Shown: positions 53,119 through 63,200 of the stretch, one piece after another | Layout of the letters: every line of letters begins with the position of its first letter | How positions within the stretch are numbered: position 1 is the first letter of the stretch | Origin: a virus | IMG/VR virus record: IMGVR_UViG_3300008259_000011 | Span: 1-64,000 of that record | Length of the DNA stretch: 64,000 nucleotides | Reading direction: 5' to 3' (one strand) | The notes under the pieces: generated by a model | The model's input: only the letters and a program-made list of their open reading frames with translations | The model's database searches: none | What the model was told of the DNA's origin: nothing | Made by a program: the position numbers and the translations under genes

Positions 53119-55458
53119 TTATACGTCCCATTTAACCAAAAAATTTAGTGGATATTCACCAGTGTTTTTGATTGGAGACGACAATTTGGCTACTGCGACA
53201 AGATCAGACCCACTATATAGACCAATTGTTGTAATGTAGGGTGCCAAGTAAGATCCTGTAATATCCAATGAGGAACTTTCTTGATATGACAAGAAATCAG
53301 ACTTAATACTAGGTATTCCATTTGTGTTAACATATTTTGATGTCTTTGATGTTATATATGAAACTACATCCGAAAGAGTTGTTCTTGTTGAAAATGGATT
53401 AATTAAATTATTGTATGCATCAAGACTCAATGATCCTATAAAGAACTTCCATAGAATCTTAGCGTCTTCGATACTCACTTTTCCATCACCGTCAAAATCA
53501 AACTGTGATTCAAGACTAAACAATCGTGGTCTTAAAGAAGCATATTGTTGTTTCAAAGTATACTGTCCGTATTCATAATACGTTTTATAATATTCAAACA
53601 AACTACGTTCTGCACTATTTTCAATAACGTATTCATCCCAGAAAGTATCATCCTGTTCAAAATTAGGATTGCCCGGAGTGTTGATATCGACAATATACAA
53701 CAAAATCAAATTGATGTCTCTAAAGTCAACATCACCGTTACCCAACAAATCAAATGTAGGTTTAATAACATCTAATGCGGTAGGATTGGTACTAATATTA
53801 AACTCACCAGAATCAACAACACAAATAACCGACTTTTCATTGATTGTGTATTTACTACTATAGTTGATATCATACTTGTATTCGTTTGTATCAGTAGTTT
53901 TCAATACATTCGTAAATTGTGAACCGGTGTTTGAAAATACGATTTCACCGTTCTTGTAAAAGATGTTACCAGCATGGTAATTTGTTCTTAATGAACTTAA
54001 TGTAGAAATATAAGCATGTCCACGCATGTTTTGTAGCGTTGACTGTGCAACCGATGGACTTACAACAAACGAATTGCTTGATGTAAAATCAGACATAATA
54101 AACGGAGAACCAACAACAATTGCAGTATCACTGATTGCTACATCATATCCATATGACATGTAAGGATATCCAATCGCCTTCTTTTTATAATCATATGTTA
54201 CCGGTACAACATTCGAACCGGTTCTTTCAAACAATATAAATTGTCCGTTAATGACTTGAGTGTCATCGTAAGATTGACTAATTGAACTAGATACGGTTGA
54301 TTTTACAGCTAATGGATTACTTGACGATACACATCCAACAATAATCTTGTTATTAAACGTATCAACCGATAATCCCAATTTATTTTGTTTGAGAGTATTT
54401 TTATCACCAATATACTTCTCAACCAAATCCCAATAAACTTGTCCACTGTCAGCATAAATACCATTAGCTTCGGCAGTATTTAATGCACACTCGGTTTTCT
54501 TATAAATGTATACGGCACCTCTGTCATATTGTGTTGTGGATCCACTAAACTCATAATAACTTGCATCATACGGCGCACCAATTACAATTGTATCACCGTT
54601 AATTTGCATGTCAGTACCAAAACCATCCGCCGACTTCTTAACATACTGATACGAGTTTACATCGTCAAACGGTACCTTTTGTGACCCCGTAATTGATGAA
54701 AATGTATGTGTCAATGACCATCCACCAGATTGACTTTCAAATAAATAAACCTTAGGATTTTGTATTGTTGGATCTTCTGATATCAAAATTGAATTGGTTC
54801 CAGATTTATCAATTTTAACTAACGATCCAAAAGAATTACCAGCGGTGACCGCATCAATGTAAGTCGTTGGAGATCCGGGTATCGATATACTATTTGATCC
54901 TGTAGTATAACTGTAAACATATACTCGGTCATATGCATTTGCACTCACCGTGATATATTTAGAATTAATCGCAACTGAATGACCAAAACTATTGTAAGAC
55001 GTATTAATAGGTGATGGTATCTTTGATACACTTAACAATGACGCTGCCAAAGTGCTGGCATTAGATGAAGATTGATTTAACAAATATACATCGGCCAAAC
55101 TAGTATGAGAATATGGCGAACCACCATATGACCCAGTAAAATTTTCATTACCAATTATAAAAATGTTATTACAAACATCAAACGCCAATCCATATGTATC
55201 TTTTGTAATTACACCAAATCCGCCGGTTCCACTGCTACCTCCAGTTCCACCTGTACCAGATGTACCATATGCTTTCATGGACTGTGCAGTTCCATAGTAA
55301 GTATACACACCCTGTGTCGAATTAAATCGGTATAAATCGATACTACCTGTTCCTGCCTGTGACGCATATTGTGGATTTGGATTTCCAATTGCAGCAAACT
55401 TACCGTGTGCTTCAACTTTATATCCAAACATTGTTACTGGTCCAATAGTTCCATTCAT
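53119..55458 (-). CDS. Putative baseplate protein: FG-GAP-like propeller repeats, dockerin-like motifs and a conserved C-terminal domain
   Basis: FGHSVAI, IVIGAPYD..GAVYIY; DFDGDGKVSIEDA; PYITTIGLY..LVAVAKLSSPIK..FLVKWD. Confidence 0.68.
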   Translation of the reverse strand: MNGTIGPVTMFGYKVEAHGKFAAIGNPNPQYASQAGTGSIDLYRFNSTQGVYTYYGTAQSMKAYGTSGTGGTGGSSGTGGFGVITKDTYGLAFDVCNNIFIIGNENFTGSYGGSPYSHTSLADVYLLNQSSSNASTLAASLLSVSKIPSPINTSYNSFGHSVAINSKYITVSANAYDRVYVYSYTTGSNSISIPGSPTTYIDAVTAGNSFGSLVKIDKSGTNSILISEDPTIQNPKVYLFESQSGGWSLTHTFSSITGSQKVPFDDVNSYQYVKKSADGFGTDMQINGDTIVIGAPYDASYYEFSGSTTQYDRGAVYIYKKTECALNTAEANGIYADSGQVYWDLVEKYIGDKNTLKQNKLGLSVDTFNNKIIVGCVSSSNPLAVKSTVSSSISQSYDDTQVINGQFILFERTGSNVVPVTYDYKKKAIGYPYMSYGYDVAISDTAIVVGSPFIMSDFTSSNSFVVSPSVAQSTLQNMRGHAYISTLSSLRTNYHAGNIFYKNGEIVFSNTGSQFTNVLKTTDTNEYKYDINYSSKYTINEKSVICVVDSGEFNISTNPTALDVIKPTFDLLGNGDVDFRDINLILLYIVDINTPGNPNFEQDDTFWDEYVIENSAERSLFEYYKTYYEYGQYTLKQQYASLRPRLFSLESQFDFDGDGKVSIEDAKILWKFFIGSLSLDAYNNLINPFSTRTTLSDVVSYITSKTSKYVNTNGIPSIKSDFLSYQESSSLDITGSYLAPYITTIGLYSGSDLVAVAKLSSPIKNTGEYPLNFLVKWDV

Positions 55459-55462
55459 AATA

Positions 55463-58258
55463 TCAATTTGTTGTCACATTCCAACCTTTAGCAATTAGGT
55501 TAGTTTTTGCAGTAATACCCGCACCTGTAGGTGTAGCATTTGTTCCACCATCTAGTTTGATTATATAATTATTTGTTACCAATTGTGTATTGGATACTCC
55601 ATTTGCATCCAATTTAATAAGTATGTCATTAATTGCGGCAGCAGTTAAACCACAACCGTCGGCATACATCATTGTAGTATTTGACAATGTAGCAGGAAGA
55701 TTCAAAGTTGTTACACTCGGTGAACTACGAATATAAATCCACTCAAGTTTTGTACACGTACTCAAATTCACCGAAGGTAAAGATGTATTACCAGCGCTGA
55801 CTTTTTTCAAATTGAGGAATGGTGTACAATCAAAAGGAACAGTAACATTACAGTTATACATATCGACCCATTCCAAATCGGTCAATCCACTAAACCCTGT
55901 TGGTAACGCCAATCCTGTGTTTGCGTAAAGTAACAACGTTTTCAACTTGATATTGTTTGTCAAATTCAATGTAGTCAATGAATTTCCGTTTGCAGCCAAT
56001 ATAGTTAGTCCTGTATTATTTGTTACATCCAATGTGGACAAATTATCATCTTGACAATACAATTCTCTCAAAACTGTATTGTTGGTTACGTCGAGCGTAG
56101 ATAGGTTGGAATTTCCACTTATTTGTAAAATAACCAGAGCAGTTAATGCACTAATATCAAAAGTTGCACCAACCAAATTACAGTTCCAAACTTGTAATAC
56201 ATTCATAGCAGTACAAGTATTCAATCCGGTAATTACAGTTAGATTAGAATTCAAGTACGTATACAATGTTGTCAATCCAGTATTACCAGTAACATTTAAT
56301 GATGCAATATTGTTATCAGCGACGGTCAACAATAACAACGGTGTACGTGAACTCAAATTTAATGTTCCGGACAAATTATTGTTTCTGAAACTTATAATTT
56401 CCAAATTTGGAAGATCAGATATTGTGATTGAACTCAACGATGGATTATCCTCCAAAAGTAAATTCTTTAAGTTAGTAACTCCAATACCACTAATAGATGT
56501 CAATGATTGATTTGAAATCAGTAAACTTTCCAACGCCGTATAGTAATTGGTGTTTGATATCGTGGTGATTGGATTCGTAGTAGAATTAATTTGTATTGCT
56601 TTGATATTTGACACATCTATCAAAGTCTTGAAATCCGCAAGAGTTACATTTGGATTTGAAAATAAAATTGTACCACCATCTGTACCCCAATTCATTAATT
56701 GTGTTGAAGGAGAATAATCCAATCTATCCGCTGGATCAGATGCAATAATAGTCTTGGTTTCAGTATCAGATCCCGCAGTGTTTGTAGCAGTCAATGTAAC
56801 ATCATATGTTCCCTTGACCGTAAATGAGTATGGATTAGGCGACGGATTTGTTGTTGTTTGCGCACCGGTGCCATCATCCAAATCCCACGAATATGTTAAC
56901 GTACCAATTCCCGTGCTAGTGTTGGTAAACGTTACACCCAATGGGATGTCACCTGAAGATTTATCGATTGTGAAATTAGCAACAGGAATCGTTACGGCTG
57001 CAATTGTTACATATCCGGTCTTTGTATGTGTTGCACTACCACCGGCATTTGTAGCAGTTAAAGAAACAGTATATGTTCCAGGCGAACTATATGTTTTGGT
57101 TGGATTTTGTGATGTGCTTGTGGTACTATCACCAAAATCCCATGCCCATGAAGTGACTGGATATGATGGATTACTTACTGTAGTACCATCAATAAACGAC
57201 AACGAAGTTATTGTAGCATATCCAGTATTTGGTGTGGCAATAAAGTTTGGAGATGGTAACGGTATGGCAACAACTTCAATACAGTTAACTTTTGTTGTTG
57301 TACGTATTCCACCGCCACCGGTACCTGTGAGTGATACGGTATATATACCAGATGTACTGTATGTTTTGGTTGGATTTGCAGACGTACTTGTTGTTCCATC
57401 ACCAAAGTCCCACAGATACGAATCGACATTTGTTGTAATGCTTGTGAAGGTTACAGTCAATGGAGTGTATCCATCAGGAGGAGTAAACGAAAAGTCAACT
57501 GTAGGTACTGGAATAACAGCATTAGCAACCACATAATTTGTACGAGTTCTTGTTGTTGTGCCACCAAACCCAGTTACAGTTAAAGAAATCGTATATGTTC
57601 CCGGTTCTGTATAAACATGAGTAAATGTTGTAGATGATGTAGATGTATTACCGTCACCCAAATTCCACAAATACTCTGTGGCATTACCTTGTACGGCAGG
57701 AGTGAATACAACTGACAGTGGAGAAAATCCAGACAATGGTGAACCAGTAAAATTCACAGTTGGTGGGGAATATACATTTGAAGTCAAATCAACATAATTG
57801 ATGAAATGAGTACCATCCACATACAAGTTGCCATATGTGTCATCAAAGAAAGTATAAACTTTATCCTTAGAATAATCCGTAATAACAACAGAATCTCTCA
57901 AAATAGAGTCACCAAAATAAACTCTTGGTAAAGTTATTCTGATGCAAGTGTTCTGTAATATTTTGAATACCTTATCGGTATCAGTTGTTTCCAATCCAAA
58001 GTTCTGAGCAATGTTTGGATTGTAATAAGAATTTTTAACTAATTGATAAACAAGTCTCTTATAAGATCCGTTGGAGTTTTGTTCAGCTGCAGTAAAACCA
58101 TACAACGCCGCCGAAGCGGAGTCATAAAAGTTATAACTACTACTTACAAAATAACCTTCTTCCACCGTTTGTATCGAACCACTGGAATTTAATGACCATG
58201 ACTTGTTCGAAGTAAACGGTGTGCTAAAAATTTCATTCGTCTGAATGTTCTTGATCAT
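55463..58258 (-). CDS. Virion protein with four PKD domains and a leucine-rich-repeat region
   Basis: W(N/D)(L/F)(G/D)D..PG.Y.VSLT occurs 4 times; LRR units such as LSTLDVTNNTxLxxL. Confidence 0.82.
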   Translation of the reverse strand: MIKNIQTNEIFSTPFTSNKSWSLNSSGSIQTVEEGYFVSSSYNFYDSASAALYGFTAAEQNSNGSYKRLVYQLVKNSYYNPNIAQNFGLETTDTDKVFKILQNTCIRITLPRVYFGDSILRDSVVITDYSKDKVYTFFDDTYGNLYVDGTHFINYVDLTSNVYSPPTVNFTGSPLSGFSPLSVVFTPAVQGNATEYLWNLGDGNTSTSSTTFTHVYTEPGTYTISLTVTGFGGTTTRTRTNYVVANAVIPVPTVDFSFTPPDGYTPLTVTFTSITTNVDSYLWDFGDGTTSTSANPTKTYSTSGIYTVSLTGTGGGGIRTTTKVNCIEVVAIPLPSPNFIATPNTGYATITSLSFIDGTTVSNPSYPVTSWAWDFGDSTTSTSQNPTKTYSSPGTYTVSLTATNAGGSATHTKTGYVTIAAVTIPVANFTIDKSSGDIPLGVTFTNTSTGIGTLTYSWDLDDGTGAQTTTNPSPNPYSFTVKGTYDVTLTATNTAGSDTETKTIIASDPADRLDYSPSTQLMNWGTDGGTILFSNPNVTLADFKTLIDVSNIKAIQINSTTNPITTISNTNYYTALESLLISNQSLTSISGIGVTNLKNLLLEDNPSLSSITISDLPNLEIISFRNNNLSGTLNLSSRTPLLLLTVADNNIASLNVTGNTGLTTLYTYLNSNLTVITGLNTCTAMNVLQVWNCNLVGATFDISALTALVILQISGNSNLSTLDVTNNTVLRELYCQDDNLSTLDVTNNTGLTILAANGNSLTTLNLTNNIKLKTLLLYANTGLALPTGFSGLTDLEWVDMYNCNVTVPFDCTPFLNLKKVSAGNTSLPSVNLSTCTKLEWIYIRSSPSVTTLNLPATLSNTTMMYADGCGLTAAAINDILIKLDANGVSNTQLVTNNYIIKLDGGTNATPTGAGITAKTNLIAKGWNVTTN

Positions 58259-58265
58259 CTTCCAT

Positions 58266-58273
58266 TATAAGTA
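58266..58273 (-). promoter_or_regulatory. Putative late promoter variant TACTTATA
   Basis: 7 nt before the ATG at 58258. Confidence 0.55.
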
Positions 58274-58324
58274 TAATCCAACAATGGATTTGATCACAAT
58301 CCGATTGGATTTTAAACTAAACGA

Positions 58325-59581
58325 TTAAAAATCAAGTCTGACTTTAATCAAAAGTTCATTGGAAAATGTCTTTTGAGCAGGTCTACTTAATTTAGCAATC
58401 GCTACCAATTCGTTATTGTTGTTATACAATCCAACGGAAGTTGGATAAACCTTAGGATCAGTTAAAAACTCTGTCTGTATAATATCACCACGTTGACGAA
58501 TTTCACCGGTCACTTGATCGTCTTGTGCACGTTGATATGAGAACGTAGGATTGTTTGTATAATTGAAATCACGGTTCTTCACACGTACAAAGTAATGACG
58601 TGATGGAACGTATTCACTACGTCTTACACGCATGTTGTCGCCTGAAGATTTAATTGCGTTATATACGGCTTCTTTATACAATGCATTTGAAGTAGCAGGT
58701 ACTACATTTCCAACAGGAGCAGTTGTTCTTGTTGCAGAATTAGGAATTGTAATTAAAGCATTTGAACTAGCAAGACCACCGCCCCCAGTGTTGGTCAAAA
58801 CATCATTCAAAAAGTCACAATTCAAAATCACAATACCAGACTTTGGAAATACAAGGCCAATTCCCGTAGTTGGATGATATTGTGCATCCGATTTAGATCC
58901 AGTATAGTTGTTACTGGATGAAAGGAATCCGTTTGATGTTGCCATTGTACCGGTATAAGGACAATATGATGCTTCACCAGTAGTCTCACTATATTGACCC
59001 AAAATCAAATTATAATATGCAGCAGATCCACTTTGTGTGGTGATACTGGAATCATCAATTAAACGAACAAATTGATTACTTACATCATTTTTCAAAGTTA
59101 TTTGAAATTGACCCGGATCAATACCATCTCTGATCTTCTGAGAATTGTAAGATAGTACAATAAAGTCACTGCTCAAACTCACACTTGTTACACTAGATGC
59201 GGGAGTACTTTGTGATTTAACAGAAAAGTCTTCACCGTTATTGATAGCATTTACGTATTGTGTATAAATAGCCTTTGTTGGTGAAACTTTGATGTTGGTA
59301 TATTCGTCGTAACTGGTTCCATACCCGTTCTTATTTCCATATGCAACACTTAGAATAAGATCGTTGGAACTAGATGTGGCTGCCAAACTTGGATATACGT
59401 CCAAATAATAGTAACCGTTATATACATCATATCTGTTAGAACCAGAAATGGTAGCTTGCAAACTGCCTGATGCAACCGCACTTTGAGTTTGATAGACAGA
59501 TCCGTTACTGAAAATACCCGTGGATACTTTTGTAGATCTTCCTACTACAATATCAGACTGTTCAAATTGTTTATAGATCAT
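58325..59581 (-). CDS. Putative baseplate/structural protein
   Basis: C-terminal FNYTNNPTF...YPTSVGLYNNNNELVAIAKLSRP..IKVRLDF is paralogous to the C-terminus of 53119-55458. Confidence 0.7.
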   Translation of the reverse strand: MIYKQFEQSDIVVGRSTKVSTGIFSNGSVYQTQSAVASGSLQATISGSNRYDVYNGYYYLDVYPSLAATSSSNDLILSVAYGNKNGYGTSYDEYTNIKVSPTKAIYTQYVNAINNGEDFSVKSQSTPASSVTSVSLSSDFIVLSYNSQKIRDGIDPGQFQITLKNDVSNQFVRLIDDSSITTQSGSAAYYNLILGQYSETTGEASYCPYTGTMATSNGFLSSSNNYTGSKSDAQYHPTTGIGLVFPKSGIVILNCDFLNDVLTNTGGGGLASSNALITIPNSATRTTAPVGNVVPATSNALYKEAVYNAIKSSGDNMRVRRSEYVPSRHYFVRVKNRDFNYTNNPTFSYQRAQDDQVTGEIRQRGDIIQTEFLTDPKVYPTSVGLYNNNNELVAIAKLSRPAQKTFSNELLIKVRLDF

Positions 59582-59584
59582 ATG

Positions 59585-60217
59585 TTAGGAAATTCTTACA
59601 GTGACAGGAATAACAACGGTACCGCCGCTTTCATTACCAACCACAGTAATTGTTGCGGAGGTTGTTACTGTCAATGATGTATTTGGCACAAACTTAAAAC
59701 GGTTACCGACAACTACCTGTGAACTTGTACTAATCAAATCATTAGCAAAAGATGGAACTGTACTAGTAGTTGTATTTGCAGCATTGGTTTGATCAACAAT
59801 CAAAGTACCAATCTTCTTATTGGACAAAATGGCAGTGTATCCAAGTGTAAGATTATATGCTGGGTTGGTTGTTGGAGAAATAATATTGTCAGACTTGTTA
59901 TCCTTTTGAACGTCGATGGATTGAATATTCAAACTGATTACTGGTATAGATGTCACGCCTTGAGCAAGAGTGACCAACTTATACTTCATTGATTGAGTTT
60001 CGTCAGACAAAGGTTGAAACACTGGCGTATTTCTGATAGCAATATCATAATATGCACTACCCTGTGGATGGTTTGGATTATATAGACTGTAATCAACTTC
60101 ATCATCTGCCAATGCAAATGATGTAATATTTAGATTGCCAGTCTGAGCCAAAAGCTCTCTACCCCTCTTTGTAAGGACCGCATCTACAGTGATTGATTTG
60201 TTATCGACGTATGCCAT
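59585..60217 (-). CDS. Putative virion structural protein
   Basis: VDAVLTKRGRELLA..ITSFALADDEVDY; late motif at 60229-60236. Confidence 0.68.
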   Translation of the reverse strand: MAYVDNKSITVDAVLTKRGRELLAQTGNLNITSFALADDEVDYSLYNPNHPQGSAYYDIAIRNTPVFQPLSDETQSMKYKLVTLAQGVTSIPVISLNIQSIDVQKDNKSDNIISPTTNPAYNLTLGYTAILSNKKIGTLIVDQTNAANTTTSTVPSFANDLISTSSQVVVGNRFKFVPNTSLTVTTSATITVVGNESGGTVVIPVTVRIS

Positions 60218-60267
60218 ATGTGTTTGTCTATAAGTATTGTTTTAACTGTCTTTTTGTTTATTATTTT

Positions 60268-63200
60268 TTATTGAACTGTCAAAACTCCGTTGTTTCCAGT
60301 AGATACAGATGTATTGGTTACAACTGTACTGGTTACTGGAAGACTTTTATCTGGATTACCACATTCATCTACTGTGTAATTAACAGTTTGTTTTGATTTT
60401 ACAAAATATCCATATTTGACACTATCATCGGAAATTACCTTAAATAAATCCCAACGGATAGGATTGTGTCTAGTTCCAAGGAAATTCTGAGTGGATCCTC
60501 TAAATGGAGTTGCTAACTCATATGGATACAAATCATATGCTTTCTTTGGAGTTACAATCAATTTGTTGAGAACTTTAGTATAATATTGAATTGACCCATT
60601 GTAATCATACTCAGCCACAGATGAACTATATGGCAACATCCAAGTAAAATGAGGTACCGATTCCGATACTTCAGTTCCCCTAGAACTGCTTAAAATATCA
60701 AAGTACATAATACCAAACGATGTACCCGTATAAAGATCACTACTAACCCATAATTCTTCATCAGAGGTAACGTCGTTAATATAAGAATATCCCGCTTGGA
60801 AATTCTGGAAATTGTTGTTTATCAACAATGATTGAGAAATAGGAACTGTAGAAATCGGTTTCTTATCAATGTACTGTTGATACAAACTAGAATTCTCAGT
60901 TTGATACTGATCATTTCTCCAAACGGTTATGTTTGCAGCCGAACAAGACTGTATTAAATTGGAGTACTGAACCGAATCTTCTATAATTTCAGAACGGATC
61001 GGTTTTGTAGGAAACTTAATACGTTCCAGAATAGTTGGCTCAATCAAAATACCGTTCAACAAAATATTACGAGCAGCAATAACGTTTCGAATGGATTCAA
61101 ATATACTTGAATCAAAATACAATTTGTAAATACTTGTAAATTCTTGATACAAAATTCTACCACTTGCTGTAGGTGAACCGTCTGCGTAATACGAAGCACG
61201 CATGTCTTCAAGAATATCATAACTTGATGAAAATTCTTGACGTGGATCTCCCAATTCACTCAATACATTTTTATCACCAAAATATCTTAAAATCTCTTCG
61301 TTTTTACTTGAAACGGGTGACATGAAAATACCAACCAAAGGAGAATCAGTATCACTGTCAAATGGAGTACTCTTATCAAAAGGCGTTAACGCTGATACGG
61401 GTTGATGATCTTTGATCGAAATCTTGTTGTTCCACAACAAGTTAGGACCATAGTTAGACAACCTGTAAGATTGATTAACATTGTATTGAATGAAGTTATA
61501 TGGGAACGCTGATGACGTTACTCCCAAACAAACGTTTGCGTATGGATACAACGAACTGGTTGAATAACTTCCAGAATACATTGATCGAATAACCAATGTA
61601 TCGTCATATAAATCAGGGTTATTCTCAATCGAACTATATGTTGTTTCTGCGCCAATTGATTTGGTTGGAAGATTATACAAATAGCAAATCAAAGTTCCTG
61701 ACTTTGATTGATATTGATAGGTTTCAACCGAAGTACTTAACTGTCTTGGATAATTGTATGCCAATCGTAAATACAAATTATTTCGGATATCATCGTAATC
61801 CGACTCATAGTATGAATCAAAATTATTTGCGTGTTCCTTGAAATTATCATCGGTAATAGGAACTGTCCACAAATTAATTTTATCAATAGATCCACTAAAC
61901 TGCGTTGATCCAAATCTTAAAAACTTTGAAGACCCCTCACTAAATGCAACGTTTTGATCGTATTCAAATATATCAGATTTAGAAGAAATCAATCGAGCAT
62001 CTCCATTTTCATTGATTTCAACAAACAAATCATACTTTGTAGGTATATGATTGATATTTGATGACCCAGTATACAATGAAGAAATGTCATTTCTACGAAT
62101 CATCACACTATAAACATTACCATCAAAAATTGGCAACAAATCAGAAGACAGTTCAGCATCTCCAATTTCAAATACGATTCGACCATTATTACTTAGAGAT
62201 TCCTTGTACGCATAAACTCTATAATCATAATCAGATGATGAATCTGGGAACTTTCTCAACAAATCAATTTGATTCTGTTGTGCGTAAGTTTTGCTGTAAT
62301 TATTACTGAACGCAAACTTAAACTCGACAGTTTGTATCGAACTTGTATATGGTGTTAAAACATATGACTGAGGTGACAAGTTTAACAAATATTCGTGTCT
62401 ATCAAAAGTGTACAATGATTGTGAAATATCAGAGTAAGCACCAAACTCACGAACACTGATAATATCTTGAGGAACACCATAACAAGCCAACAACAACTTC
62501 ACACCTTCAATGGTGCCTTTTGCCTTCAATATTGCAGGAAGACTATTCAAGATACGATTATTGATGATATTTGTTTTATCCGCAATAGATGCGTAATTTG
62601 TTCCAGCAATATAATTGTTGTTCAAACTCACATCGTTTACCGAAGATTGCATTTTCCAACCAAATGATGATAACATTCCGTCCAAAATTTTGTTTGGAAT
62701 TACAGCATCGTTTCCAGTCACATTGTATGACAACATTGGAAACTTGTCGATGTAGATATAAATGTTATCAAAGTGATGACCGATCATTGACAAAAAGATC
62801 AAGAAATCATCGTTATTTGAATCCGACAACAAATATGTTGGTAGGTTATTTATTAAACTGTCACGGTTGTTTCTATCGTATTCATCCGCCTCATCTTCAT
62901 ATGACTGAGGGAATCTATCTACATTGTTGTATAAACTATTTGTAAACAAGTAGTACTCATATCCATCAAACGACAATTTGATATCGTTAATTTCTTTTGT
63001 TAACAATTCAATTTTATCGGTGATATATTGATCAGAATATGTAGACGCATTTAGTGAATCCAATGAAGATTGTTTTATCTTGATCGACTTGAGTTTGTTC
63101 TTGTAAATGACAATTCTTGTTTTTGCAGAAGAATAAATTACAAAGTTTTCAAAGTTAGTATAATCCACATCAATTGTAGAAAATCTTTGTTTTAAGATAA

